A stretch of DNA of 64,000 nt from an uncultured Alphaproteobacteria bacterium (GCA_910588255.1 CAJUOM010000002.1:15470-79469); one strand, 5' to 3'. Counted from the first letter of the stretch, positions 9,267-21,186 are shown. The notes: generated from the sequence alone by a model not told the origin. Program-made: numbers and translations.

Positions 9267-9935
9267 ATGATACTTGAATTAAAAAATATAAAAATGGGAT
9301 TTAAAACGGGAGATACTGTTTTGAAAATCTTAAATGCAGTTAATTTCTCGTTATCAAAAGGCGAAAGTGTGGCATTAATAGGGCCAAGTGGATGTGGAAA
9401 GTCAACTTTATTGCAAATAGCTGCTTTACTTGAAACTCCAACTTCTGGTGAAATTATAATTAACGAAAAAAATGCTTTAAAACTATCTGATAATGAGAAA
9501 ACAAAATTACGGAGAGAAAACCTAGGTTTTGTTTATCAATTTCATAATTTACTTCCTGAATTCACTGTTCTAGAAAATGTTATGATTCCTCAAATCATAA
9601 AGGGAATAAGAAAATCTGAGGCAAAAAGAATAGCCGAAGAACTTCTTGAACAAGTCGATTTATCACACAGAATTTCCCATTTTCCAAAAACTCTCTCTGG
9701 AGGAGAGCAACAACGCGTCGCTATTGCAAGAGCATTAGCAACAAAGCCAAAATTAATCATTGCAGACGAGCCTACGGGAAATCTTGACCCAAATACTGCG
9801 AAAATTGTTTTCGACTTATTTATAAAGCTAATTCAAGAAAATAACACAGCTCTATTTATGGCTACTCATAATATAGAATTAGCGAGAAAGCTTAATAGAA
9901 CAATTTCCATTTCAAATGGAATAATTATTAATTAA
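9267..9935 (+). CDS. lolD: ABC transporter ATP-binding protein, LolD-like
   Basis: 222 aa. Walker [10 protein letters not shown], signature [15 protein letters not shown], Walker [12 protein letters not shown]. The [17 protein letters not shown] stretch is typical of LolD/MacB-type ATPases. Confidence 0.7.
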   Translation: MILELKNIKMGFKTGDTVLKILNAVNFSLSKGESVALIGPSGCGKSTLLQIAALLETPTSGEIIINEKNALKLSDNEKTKLRRENLGFVYQFHNLLPEFTVLENVMIPQIIKGIRKSEAKRIAEELLEQVDLSHRISHFPKTLSGGEQQRVAIARALATKPKLIIADEPTGNLDPNTAKIVFDLFIKLIQENNTALFMATHNIELARKLNRTISISNGIIIN

Positions 9936-9940
9936 ACAAA

Positions 9941-9966
9941 TTCGACCGAAAACAAATCCGGTCGAA
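9941..9966. terminator. bidirectional hairpin between convergent lolD and dps
   Basis: Perfect 8-bp stem TTCGACCG/CGGTCGAA with a 10-nt loop and T/A-rich flanks on both strands. Confidence 0.5.
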
Positions 9967-9976
9967 ATTTCTAATA

Positions 9977-10438
9977 TTAACCTATCGTCGATTTTATCAT
10001 CCAAATTGTTTTCTCATGGAATGATAGTCTGTCTGCTAAAACTCCTTCTGTCCCATAATCTTTTGATCCTGAGATTTCAGATAGTCCTGACATTATGTCA
10101 TCACGAATAATCTCATGAACAACCAACAGTTCTTCCAACATCTCTTTGTCGTTTTTTGCATTCAATGAATCTTTCACCGTCGCTAATTTGGAAAACTCTT
10201 CGAATGTTGCAGGAGCTATGCCTCCAATCATTCTTATTCTTTCAGCGATAACATCAATAGCATTAAATAAATTATTATAATGATCTTCGGTCATCAAATG
10301 TATATCTCTGAAATCAGAAGAAATGACATTCCAATGTATATTTTGTGTTTTCAAAAGCAAGGCATATGAATTTGCAAGCAATCTTGATAAAATTTCGGCA
10401 GATTTGCAATCACACTTTGTTGAACAATTACATAACAT
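9977..10438 (-). CDS. dps: Dps-family DNA-binding ferritin-like protein
   Basis: 153 aa. Has the Dps pattern LLA....L..KT.N.HWNV.G..F..IH.. .E..Y and AERI...GG. Confidence 0.75.
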   Translation of the reverse strand: MLCNCSTKCDCKSAEILSRLLANSYALLLKTQNIHWNVISSDFRDIHLMTEDHYNNLFNAIDVIAERIRMIGGIAPATFEEFSKLATVKDSLNAKNDKEMLEELLVVHEIIRDDIMSGLSEISGSKDYGTEGVLADRLSFHEKTIWMIKSTIG

Positions 10439-10499
10439 TTTAAGTCACCTATAAAATAAAACCATCTATAATTAATTCTGTTCCAAAAAAGATTTCAAT

Positions 10500-10961
10500 T
10501 CAAGTCATTATTTTTTTTATTCGCAATTTCACAGCATAGGCTCCAATTTGTTGCATTGAATCTTTAATTCCAGAAAATGCAATAATTAATTCAGGATGTT
10601 TTATCAGCCAATTTTCAGTTGCCTCCCTCACTATACCAATACCTTTGCCTGTAATTATCGTTACAAATCTTAAATCTTTCAAGATACAATTCATGCAAAA
10701 TTTTTCCAAAACATTATCAATTTCCCTAGTATATCCATGCAAATCAATAAATCTCTCTGATTTAAATTTTTTTGTTTCAGATTTATCGAAATTTCTAACT
10801 TTTTTATTATGAAATGCTTCAAGAGCAAAATGAGGTTTTATACTGATTTTTAGAGAAAACTGGGATTTAAAATCCAAACGTGAAATTTTATCACTTTCAG
10901 ATAATTTCTCTATGGTATTTTTATAATTTAACCAATTTTCCCAATCTTTAATAAATGTCAT
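10500..10961 (-). CDS. Smr domain protein
   Basis: The C-terminal Smr domain reads IDLHGYT..E....L..F, V.IITGKGIG. Confidence 0.65.
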   Translation of the reverse strand: MTFIKDWENWLNYKNTIEKLSESDKISRLDFKSQFSLKISIKPHFALEAFHNKKVRNFDKSETKKFKSERFIDLHGYTREIDNVLEKFCMNCILKDLRFVTIITGKGIGIVREATENWLIKHPELIIAFSGIKDSMQQIGAYAVKLRIKKIMT

Positions 10962-11560
10962 ATTTCTTATGCCGATATTAGTCAGCTAAAAAGCAAAACC
11001 CAAAAATAAAATAATATGGCTGCTGTATTCCTACTCTGACCAGGTTTTTAAGTTATTTCTGCAAATGCAAAATAGCTGACAATATTTATTATATCATGAT
11101 TTTGAATAACTTATATCAAAAATTTTCAACCTCTCTACATTAATAATATATCACAATGTCTTCCGAAAGCGCTATAGGTACCCCTGCGGTGTCATCAACT
11201 ATTTGCCGGTGAGGCCATCTTTCTAATTCACGTTTCGTGCAGTTACTCTTTTTTCTTTAAATCAACATTATTTCGCTCTTTCATTCGAAATACTTTCGTT
11301 GAGGTTAAATAAAATATGTTTTGGAATACTATAGCAGAGTAACAACTTCATCTATAGCTTTCAAAACGGTTTAATATATAACTTTTCTTACGAAAAGTTG
11401 GTTCCTGATTTGTCAAAAAACAATCGAAGATATCTTCTAGATTGATTTTTGCGATTTTTATTATAAAGGAACACTAGTCTTGGATTTCTAAATTGTGTTT
11501 TGTAAATACTATTTTGTTTCCAACAGCGTTTTTTAATAAATCAATCCTGTTTTTTGAGGG

Positions 11561-11608
11561 GCGCCCGTGAGTATGGTAGAATATTGATGGTACCATACTC
11601 ACGGGCGC
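11561..11608. repeat. GC-rich hairpin, type 2 (perfect 18-bp stem GCGCCCGTGAGTATGGTA / TACCATACTCACGGGCGC)
   Basis: Perfect inverted repeat with a 12-nt AT-rich loop. A shorter version is at 29056-29095. Confidence 0.85.
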
Positions 11609-11691
11609 ACTTTGTGACACGTAGCTATATTATTTTCCGAAAGGTAGGCAATATATTAAGTTAGTGAACATTACTACAAGTTCCTAATTTC

Positions 11692-11748
11692 AGGATACAT
11701 ACCTTGATTCGTGTATGTCAAATTCTAAAAAGTCCCATAAAATTTTAG
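11692..11748 (-). promoter_or_regulatory. repeat-borne promoter module (motif + TTGACA-18 nt-TATCCT, minus strand)
   Basis: The -35 (tgtcaa on the plus strand) is at 11716-11721 and the -10 (aggata) at 11692-11697. It points toward smr-dps. Confidence 0.4.
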
Positions 11749-11755
11749 ACTTTTT

Positions 11756-12779
11756 TTAACTCAAGGAAATATACTCACCAAAAGCAAGGGCTTTACTAGG
11801 ATTTTCTTTAGCCCAAGCCTCAAATCTAGAAGTAAAAAACTCGAATTTACTTTTTGAGATAGGATCAATATAACCGTATAAGGCTATCATATGTTTTAAG
11901 ATATCCTCTTTTGTTTTTTCTCTTAAAATTCCCGAAATATCAGAAATTGAATAATGAAGCTGATAAGCTCGGATTGAACTAGAACAGGATTCATATCCTA
12001 ACATTGAAATAAAATCTTTATAATCTCCATCATTGAGATCTCTAAAAGCCTCTAAATTAACTTTATGTGTCTCTGATGGCCAATATCCAACTCCAAATTC
12101 TTCAAAAGCTCTTTTATAATTCCACATAGGTCCTATATCACTTTTTCTGGAAGGGGAAAATATCAGCATGAGTTACAACATGATATCCTGGAATTCTATA
12201 ATGTTCTTGTAAATCTCGTGTGAAAGCTACACTTGCCACAAACTGCTCTTCACTGAACGGATACCAATAAACTTCAGATCCAGTTAGCTTTCGAGGAGCA
12301 GAAAATCCAGGAAAAACAACATTTGTTCTTTCAAATCCCGGATTGATATGTTCTATTCCTATTGAATAATAATTTAAACTTGTTTTCCCTGCAAAATAAG
12401 AAATTCCGGCATGATATGCTATATCAGTATCCGGATTAACAGTCTTATATATAATTCCATCATTGTCTATTGTGAAATGAGCAGAAACGCCTCTTTCATT
12501 ATATGTATTTATAGTTCCTCTAAGAGAAGCTCCAGCGGTATAGTGCAATACAATAAATTGATGTAAATCTTCTTTATATTGTTCAAGAGTTGCCGGTTTG
12601 GAAGGATTTGTCCAAAGCCTATAAGATTCTTCCCATGTTCGATGTGTGACTCCGTTTGTTCTAACTTTATTATCCAAATAGCAGTCTACAGTTCGATATC
12701 GAGAAGAATCAAGAGGACTTTCAGCAGCTTGAGTACAACATATGCATGAAAGCATTACTAAACAATTCAATATTTTCAT
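11756..12779 (-). pseudogene. periplasmic N-acetylmuramoyl-L-alanine amidase (AmpD/AmiD, amidase_2 type) split by a frameshift
   Basis: ORFs 12138-12779 (signal peptide, HYTAG, IGIEH) and 11756-12169 overlap. Frame 1 ends HADIFPFQKK*. Frame 2 continues IFSPSRKSDIGPMW, which is the conserved HADI.P.RK.DPGP motif. The shift lies in the T4C4 run (plus strand GGGGAAAA, 12153-12160). Confidence 0.7.
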
Positions 12780-12879
12780 TTTTACAACCTAAGTAAGTAC
12801 TATTTCTATAATCTTACAATATTTTATAAAATAATGCAATTAACTATGCCAAAGAACGGCACATGAATTTATAGTATAC

Positions 12880-13236
12880 TCAAATAAAAAATGATAAAAT
12901 CCAGACCACAGCAAAATGCAACATAGCAATAAATACAGCTGCACTTCCTATATCTTTTGCTTTTTGGGATAACTCATGTTTCTCGAGACTTATTCTATCA
13001 ACAACAGATTCTATTGCAGAATTTAAAGCTTCTGTCAATAATACCAACATAAAGGATGAGAATAAATACAAAAGCATTGCAAAAGAAGTATTTCGAAAAA
13101 ATTCTATAAAACTCAATATGGCACCACACAATAATTCTTGTTTAAATGCTCGTTCTTTAAGAAGATATTTTATACCATTAAAAGAATAAAAAAATGCATT
13201 TTTGATAGCTATTATATTTTTTAAATTATTTTTCAT
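12880..13236 (-). CDS. dgkA: diacylglycerol kinase
   Basis: 118 aa with three TM segments and the DgkA motif EALNSAIESVVDRIS.E.H.LS..AKD.GSAAV. Confidence 0.8.
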   Translation of the reverse strand: MKNNLKNIIAIKNAFFYSFNGIKYLLKERAFKQELLCGAILSFIEFFRNTSFAMLLYLFSSFMLVLLTEALNSAIESVVDRISLEKHELSQKAKDIGSAAVFIAMLHFAVVWILSFFI

Positions 13237-14817
13237 TGAAGTAAGTAACCTCTCTCTTTTCAGAATCTTTTCTATATTTTATATAACCATATTTCCCATT
13301 AAAATCGGAACCAGAGATATAAAACGTTTTTCCATCTTCATTCGGATTAATTATTTCGTATCCCAGCAATCGTGTTATAAATTTTGCTATTTCATAATGA
13401 TTCGGTTTGTAAATTTTCTTAAAATTATCTAAAAATTCCCTATCATTACTTTGAACAATAACCGGAATATCTGCACACCTTTCATTGAGATGTCCATGAC
13501 CAAACAGGCCATTCTCTCCTAAAAATTCATTATGATCTGATGCCCAAATTATATAAAATTTCCCGATTTTCTGTTTGTTAAAATATTTAAACAAAGAAGA
13601 TATCACATAGTCATTATACACCATAGCGTTGTCATACTCGTCAATAACAGAATTTCGGATTCGGAGAATTGTCTCCTGTTTAAAAAATCTTTACTAAACA
13701 CTTTTGAATACGGAGTATGGACACATCTTTGATGAAGAACTATGAAATTATGTTTGGAGAAAGTTTGTTGATTTAAAACCGTTATTATATACTGATCCGT
13801 ATATATATCGAAATTTTTATCCCGTGATGCTGTTCTTATTTCATCTATATATTTTTTCCCGGAAATAATACTAATAAGCCCTTCCAATTGATCTGAAATA
13901 TAGAAAGTCTTAAATCCATTTTCTTTTGCTAATTTAAATAAATTAGTCGTATCACTGTATGATAACTGGGTATTGTCAGGTTCTCCTATAACATTCATCA
14001 TAAATTTTAATGAAGATTTAGTATTTATTCCTCCTGCTATACCTTTCGTATAATAAAAATTAGATTCCCTTGATAATTTAAATAAATCAGGGGTAGTATT
14101 CCTTTCATAACCAAACAACGACATATGTCTATAATTTGCACTTTCTCCTAATATATAAACTATGAAGATAGGTTCGTTATTTAAAGAAGTTTTCGCTATA
14201 ACATAGGGTTTATATGATTTTGGATTATAGCCTCTGAATGATAAATCCAGAAAACAAGAGAAGCTTTTTAATGTATTATCAATAGTGAAACGATATTCAT
14301 TTGCCGTGCTATTTCTTATAAAGCAATTGGAATAATATATCCCCCCAAAAGTTGCAAAAAGTATTACTATGCCGAAATGCGACTTGAAGCTTTTGAATTT
14401 CAATATCGGAATCATTAACATAAAAGGGATAATCACAATTAAAACAGTTTTCCAATATTTGAAATACACATTTCTGGCTTCTTGAAAAACATCTTGATAT
14501 TCGTCAAAAAACTGATAGAAGTCATAAGGAGATAATTGACTTCCAAAATATGAAATATGGGCAAACTGTATCATTTGGAGAAAGAAAAGAAAAACTATGC
14601 AAAAAACAGGAAAAAACTTGCTTTTATTAATAATTAGCCCAAAGCATAAGGGAATAAGTAATTTAAATATATTTAACTTATCAGAGCAAACAAAAGAAGA
14701 ATTTACAAATTGATATAAATAATCTGAAAGCATGAATAAACATGCTAATATTAAGGTTGCTGATATTGTGATAATTGTGTTTCTTAAATTAAACTTATTC
14801 CGCATTATTATACTCAA
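13226..14817 (-). pseudogene. phosphoethanolamine transferase (EptA/sulfatase family) paralogue, frameshifted
   Basis: ORFs 13603-14817 and 13226-13624 together align with the intact neighbour. Frame 1 reads FSESEILLLTS. The other frame reads IDEYDNAMVYNDYVISS, against FSGSLTPLIDEYDNAMLYNDHIISS in the intact copy. This implies a 1-nt loss near 13646-13650. Confidence 0.7.
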
Positions 14818-16381
14818 TTCTTCTCTTTTTAGAATCTTTCTTATATTTTATATGACCACATTTACCATTGAAATCCACACCAGAGATAAAAAATGTTTCT
14901 CCGTCTTCATTTGGATTAACTATTTCATATCCCAGCAACCGAGCTATAAATTTTGTTATTTCATAATGATTGGGCTTATAAATTTTCTTAAAATTATTCA
15001 GAAACTCTTTGTCATTGCTTTGAATAATAACAGGAATATCTGCAGTAATAGGGACTAATGTTCCATGCCCATGACCAAACGAACCATTTTCTCCAAGTAA
15101 ATCATTATGATCCGACGCCCAAATTATATAAAATTTTCCGATTTTCTGTTTGTTAAAATAGTTAAACAAAGAAGATATTATATGATCGTTATAAAGCATA
15201 GCATTATCATATTCGTCAATAAGAGGAGTTAAAGACCCCGAAAATTTATGTTTAAATTTAAAATTTTTACTGACAGCTTTTGCATAAGGCGTGTGTATAC
15301 ATCTTTGATGAATCACTATAAAATTACGATTTGTAAATTTCTGACTTTGAATCATTTCAAAAAGTAAGTCATCCATTATTTTTTCTGATTTCTTGACTTC
15401 AGAGTCTTTTGTTCTTAATACATCTATATAAGGTATTCCTGAAATACTACCCAATAAATGCTCTGATTGATTCGATAAATAAAATGTTTTAAATCTATTT
15501 GTTTTTGCAATCCTAAATAAATTTGTCGAGTCACTTGCTGCTTGTATGGGGTTATCCGCCTCTCTTAAAGAATTCAGCATAAACTTACAGGATGCTATAG
15601 TGCAAATAGCACCGGATATTCCTTTGGTGTAATAAACATTTGATTGTTTTACTAAAGTTTTCAATTCAGGTGTTGTTTCTCTTTTATAATTAAACAAAGA
15701 CATATGTTTGCAGTTAGCACTCTCCCCTAATATATAAATTATATTCACAGGTTCTTCGAAGCTACTTTTTATAACTATAATTTCATAAGGTTTATAATCC
15801 TTCACGGGCAATTTTTTATATTCTATAACTAAATATCCCCAAAATGCCTTAAAAGAATTATCTAAAGTAAAACGTACTCCATTTGGATTAAATCTTGGCA
15901 AATGCCTGGTATAATACTTATATCCATAAGAGCAAAATGTAATTAGCAATATCAATGTGCCTATGATTGATTTTCTTTTATTTTTCATAATGCAATACGA
16001 TATTCCTCCAAAAGGAACAATAATCAGCGGAATAATATACCAATAATCATAAAAAGCATTTCCTGCTTCTTGAAATGTGTCTTGGATTTCTCTAAAAAAC
16101 AAATAAACTGAATAAGGAGAAAGAAAATTTCCAAAGTATGCCAAACTAGAAAATTGCATTATTTGAGCCAAACATAAAATAATTATGCAAAAATATGATA
16201 TTAATTTAAATCTGTTAATTACTAACCCAAAACTCAAAGGTACTATCAATGCCAGCACCTTTATGTCATGAGATAATTTAAATTTTTGATTTATAAATGA
16301 AAAAATTATATCAGGAAGTATTAAAAGAAAAGCAACAATAAATATCAATAATATTGTTTTATTCAGGCTATTAAATTTCAT
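14795..16381 (-). CDS. phosphoethanolamine transferase (EptA/sulfatase family), intact
   Basis: 528 aa. A five-TM N-domain is followed by a sulfatase domain with GESANCKHMSLFNYKRETTPEL, HQRCIHTPY, YDNAMLYND and ASDHNDLLGENGSFGHGH. Confidence 0.75.
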   Translation of the reverse strand: MKFNSLNKTILLIFIVAFLLILPDIIFSFINQKFKLSHDIKVLALIVPLSFGLVINRFKLISYFCIIILCLAQIMQFSSLAYFGNFLSPYSVYLFFREIQDTFQEAGNAFYDYWYIIPLIIVPFGGISYCIMKNKRKSIIGTLILLITFCSYGYKYYTRHLPRFNPNGVRFTLDNSFKAFWGYLVIEYKKLPVKDYKPYEIIVIKSSFEEPVNIIYILGESANCKHMSLFNYKRETTPELKTLVKQSNVYYTKGISGAICTIASCKFMLNSLREADNPIQAASDSTNLFRIAKTNRFKTFYLSNQSEHLLGSISGIPYIDVLRTKDSEVKKSEKIMDDLLFEMIQSQKFTNRNFIVIHQRCIHTPYAKAVSKNFKFKHKFSGSLTPLIDEYDNAMLYNDHIISSLFNYFNKQKIGKFYIIWASDHNDLLGENGSFGHGHGTLVPITADIPVIIQSNDKEFLNNFKKIYKPNHYEITKFIARLLGYEIVNPNEDGETFFISGVDFNGKCGHIKYKKDSKKRRIEYNNAE

Positions 16382-16468
16382 GTTCTATTGAAAATATTCT
16401 TTTAATCTGATAAATAATATCATATTTTGTTAATATAATCAATTTCTATTTGATAATTCCTCTTCTTA

Positions 16469-16498
16469 TTGACAAAGATATTACTTCGGAATTATCCT
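16469..16498 (+). promoter_or_regulatory. candidate sigma70 promoter for the flavodoxin-like gene
   Basis: TTGACA (16469-16474), 18-nt spacer, TATCCT (16493-16498), about 30 nt upstream of the ATG at 16526. Confidence 0.3.
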
Positions 16499-16525
16499 GA
16501 AAATGTATAGAATTTTAAGGTTATC

Positions 16526-17128
16526 ATGAAAATATCAACTCCGCTTAATGTGCTTTTTGCAACTTTATGCTTTCAAAGTTTTACTTTTGGAGCATTTGGT
16601 AATACAGAAGACCCAATTTCACAAGCAGAAAAATCTGGAGATATGCAGATTGTGTATTTTTCAAAAACTGGAAATACTGAAAAAATAGCAAAGTATATTC
16701 AGGAAGAAACAGGAGGAAATTTAGTTAAGATAAGCCCCCAAAAACCTTATCCTGAAGATTATAACGAAACAACAGAAGTTGCCAGGAAAGAAATTCAAAA
16801 TGAAGAAACTCCTGAAATAATTCTCGATAAAGAATATTCAGAAAATGCAAAAATCATATTCATAGGCTCACCTTGTTGGTTTGGAACTATAGCTTCTCCT
16901 GTCAGGACTTTTTTATCAACACATAATTTTGACGGAAAAACTATAATTCCATTTATAACTCATGGTGGTAGTGAAATGGGAGAAACAGTTGAAGATATAA
17001 AAACTATTTGTCCGAAAGCAACAGTGAAGGATGGAAAAGCTTTTGGAGATCCAAAATTGATTCGTATGGCAAAACCTCAAAATGAAGAAGTAAAAGATTG
17101 GATAAAAACAATCGATATTTCAAAATAA
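16526..17128 (+). CDS. flavodoxin-like protein (possibly with an N-terminal signal peptide; alternative start 16643)
   Basis: The flavodoxin FMN-loop IVYFSKTGNTEKIA is present, and the C-terminal part resembles flavodoxin_4-type proteins. The first 25 residues are hydrophobic. Confidence 0.6.
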   Translation: MKISTPLNVLFATLCFQSFTFGAFGNTEDPISQAEKSGDMQIVYFSKTGNTEKIAKYIQEETGGNLVKISPQKPYPEDYNETTEVARKEIQNEETPEIILDKEYSENAKIIFIGSPCWFGTIASPVRTFLSTHNFDGKTIIPFITHGGSEMGETVEDIKTICPKATVKDGKAFGDPKLIRMAKPQNEEVKDWIKTIDISK

Positions 17129-17279
17129 GCTAAGCTTTTCCAAGTTCCCTATATTTTCATTATTAATAGAATATGATATAAACTCCATTAAATATTAATT
17201 GAAAGCTACATAATGCGATATGTTTGATTTTATAAAATCATCGTGATAGCATTGTATGTTATCAGTTTTTATGTGTTGA

Positions 17280-17567
17280 GTTATACTAATTGATTTCGTT
17301 ATATTAATCGTAGGAAAAGGAACCCGAATGAAATCAAAAACTCTTAAAATTTTCCAAATTATAGCAGAAAAGCCAATTATGAGATATATAATCGACTCAA
17401 GTAAACATTTCAGTTCAAATATTATAGTCGTAACTCAGGAATCACTATTAAAACATGAACTATTTGCTGATATAACTACTGTGGTACAATCTTCACCAAA
17501 AGGAACTGGAAAGGCTATTTTGCAGGCAATACCTTTTTTGAACACAGAGTTCCCCCAAATTTTATGA
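17280..17567 (+). pseudogene. remnant of a glmU-type sugar-1-phosphate nucleotidyltransferase (first ~95 codons only)
   Basis: The frame is open from 17280. It reads VILIVGKGTRMKSKTLKIFQIIAEKPIM...SPKGTGKAILQAIPFL, which matches the GlmU N-terminus (LAAGKGTRMKS..PK). There is no ATG before the P-loop-like motif, and the ORF stops where GlmU would continue for about 350 more residues. Confidence 0.6.
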
Positions 17568-17606
17568 GACTTTATTATATATAAAAATTCCACATTTTTA
17601 TGCTAA

Positions 17607-19670
<2,064 letters not shown>

Positions 19671-19687
19671 ATTGACGGAAAAAATCT

Positions 19688-19711
19688 CTAAAATTTTATG
19701 GGACTTTTTAA
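19688..19711 (+). repeat. solo copy of the 24-nt motif CTAAAATTTTATGGGACTTTTTA(A)
   Basis: A 23/24 match to the motif in the repeat promoter modules. It lies just after ligA and 320 nt upstream of the pfk pseudogene. No clear -35/-10 follows. Confidence 0.7.
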
Positions 19712-20034
19712 CAATCATTATCTTTTAGACCAGAGATTATATCACATAAATAGAACCTGGCAAAGGAAATTTCGCAGTAACTTAAACTTTTTTATTCAAA
19801 ATCTGATCAAAAATTACATTTTTTATATAATTTTTAAACCGTTATTTTTTAATATTTAGATGGTTTTAAACAACATCGATCGGTAAAATTGTATTTTAAT
19901 TCATAATTATAAAGATATTTAACATATTTTAAATTAAAATAATTTTGTTTAAATTTTGGTAAAATTTTTATTATTTTGTTTTCTAAAGTTTTATAATTTT
20001 ATTAAGATAATTCTATTTCTGGTAATTTGGGATA

Positions 20035-21186
20035 ATGATTTTTAAGTTTGTCTTAACAATTGTAGGTAGTTTTTTAATTGCATTTGGAAATATAACAAAT
20101 GCAATTTCCGCAGAAAAACCTAGGATAGGAATATTAACCTCCGGAGGAGATTGTTCTGGGCTAAACTCTACAATATATGCGACTTATAAAAAAGCAACAG
20201 ATTTGGGATATGAGGTTATAGGTTTCAAACATGGAGTCCACGGATTGGTAAACTGAGATTATATTGTTTTGAATAAAGAAATATGCACACCGGATATTTT
20301 AAGAAAAGGTGGAAGCATCTTAAAATCCAATACAAAAGCCTTAAAAGACAAATTTGGAAATCCTTTATCAAAAGAAGATGGAGACAAAGCCATCATTCGA
20401 GAATATCATAAATTGAAGCTACAAGGATTGATTTATATAGGAGGAGATGGAAGTATCGGATTAATGAAAAATATACTTCAAAAAGACCAATCCTTAAATA
20501 TCATAGCAATTCCGAAAACAATAGATAATGATATCGCAAACACAGATGTTTCCGTAGGCTTCTCAACTGTAACAAAAGTAGTGGAAGAAGAAATTTCAAA
20601 TATAATAACAACAGCACAAAGTCATAGTCGAATTATGGTAATTGAAGTTATGGGAAGAGGCGCGGGATACATAGCCTTAAGTTCAGGATTGGCAATTGGT
20701 GCAGACGCGATAATTATCCCTGAAATGAAATGTAATATGAATAATCTTATTGCAAAAATTAAAGATGTTTATAATTCCGGAAAAGATTATAGTATTATAG
20801 TTGTGTCAGAGGGAGTTGAGTTCGATGAGTTTAAATATAAAAATACGAAATTCTCTGACGTTATTTCAAGGAAAGACTATGGAGGAGTTTCTAATTTTAT
20901 AGTTAAAAAATTAAAAGAGGCCGGATTTGATGCCAAAGCTGTCATACTGGGGCATACTCAAAGAGGTGGAATCACATCTGTTGAAGACAGAATTTTAGCT
21001 CAGAAATTCGGAATAACAGCTGTTCAATTGATCGCAAACAAAGATTGCGGATATTTGCTGGGAATTCTGAATAACAAGATTTCCAAAACAAAGCTTTCAG
21101 ATATAAGAAAAACAACGAGAAATTTAACTCCAAATGATCCTAATATTATCTTAGCTCAAAATTTAGGAATTTATATAGGCGGATAA
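20035..21186 (+). pseudogene. 6-phosphofructokinase paralogue interrupted by an in-frame TGA
   Basis: ORFs 20035-20256 and 20269-21186 are in the same frame, separated by a TGA at 20254-20256 (GLVN*DYIVLNKE). PFK motifs GGDCSGLN, GGDGS, PKTIDND and MGRGAG are present. It carries an unusual hydrophobic 28-aa N-terminal extension. Confidence 0.7.

Larger units (their letters stand above)
11156..11759 (-). repeat. repeat-family copy, variant with a type-2 hairpin (A module, spacer, hairpin, promoter module)
   Basis: The A module starts at 11156 (ATGTCTTCCGAAAGCGCTATAGGTACCCCTGCGGTGTCATCAAC..CCGGTGAGGCCATCTTTCTAATTCACGTTTCGTGCAG). The 24-nt motif is at 11725-11748. The right end overlaps the TAA stop (11756-11758) of the amidase gene. 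Confidence 0.7.

Noticed and set aside
13202-15058. Two plus-strand ORFs (13202-13432 and 14732-15058) that resemble each other.
   Set aside because: Their similarity only reflects the fact that they are antisense to the duplicated C-terminal regions of the two eptA-like genes. They have low-complexity Ile/Phe-rich translations and no independent signals.
20254-20256. The in-frame TGA in the pfk paralogue as evidence for TGA=Trp (genetic code 4) or selenocysteine.
   Set aside because: TGA clearly terminates well-conserved genes at their expected ends in this window (rplS at 5109-5111, rho at 48656-48658). The other split genes are interrupted by TAG and TAA. The aligned position in the intact paralogue is not Trp or Cys. 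Pseudogenisation or an assembly error fits better.
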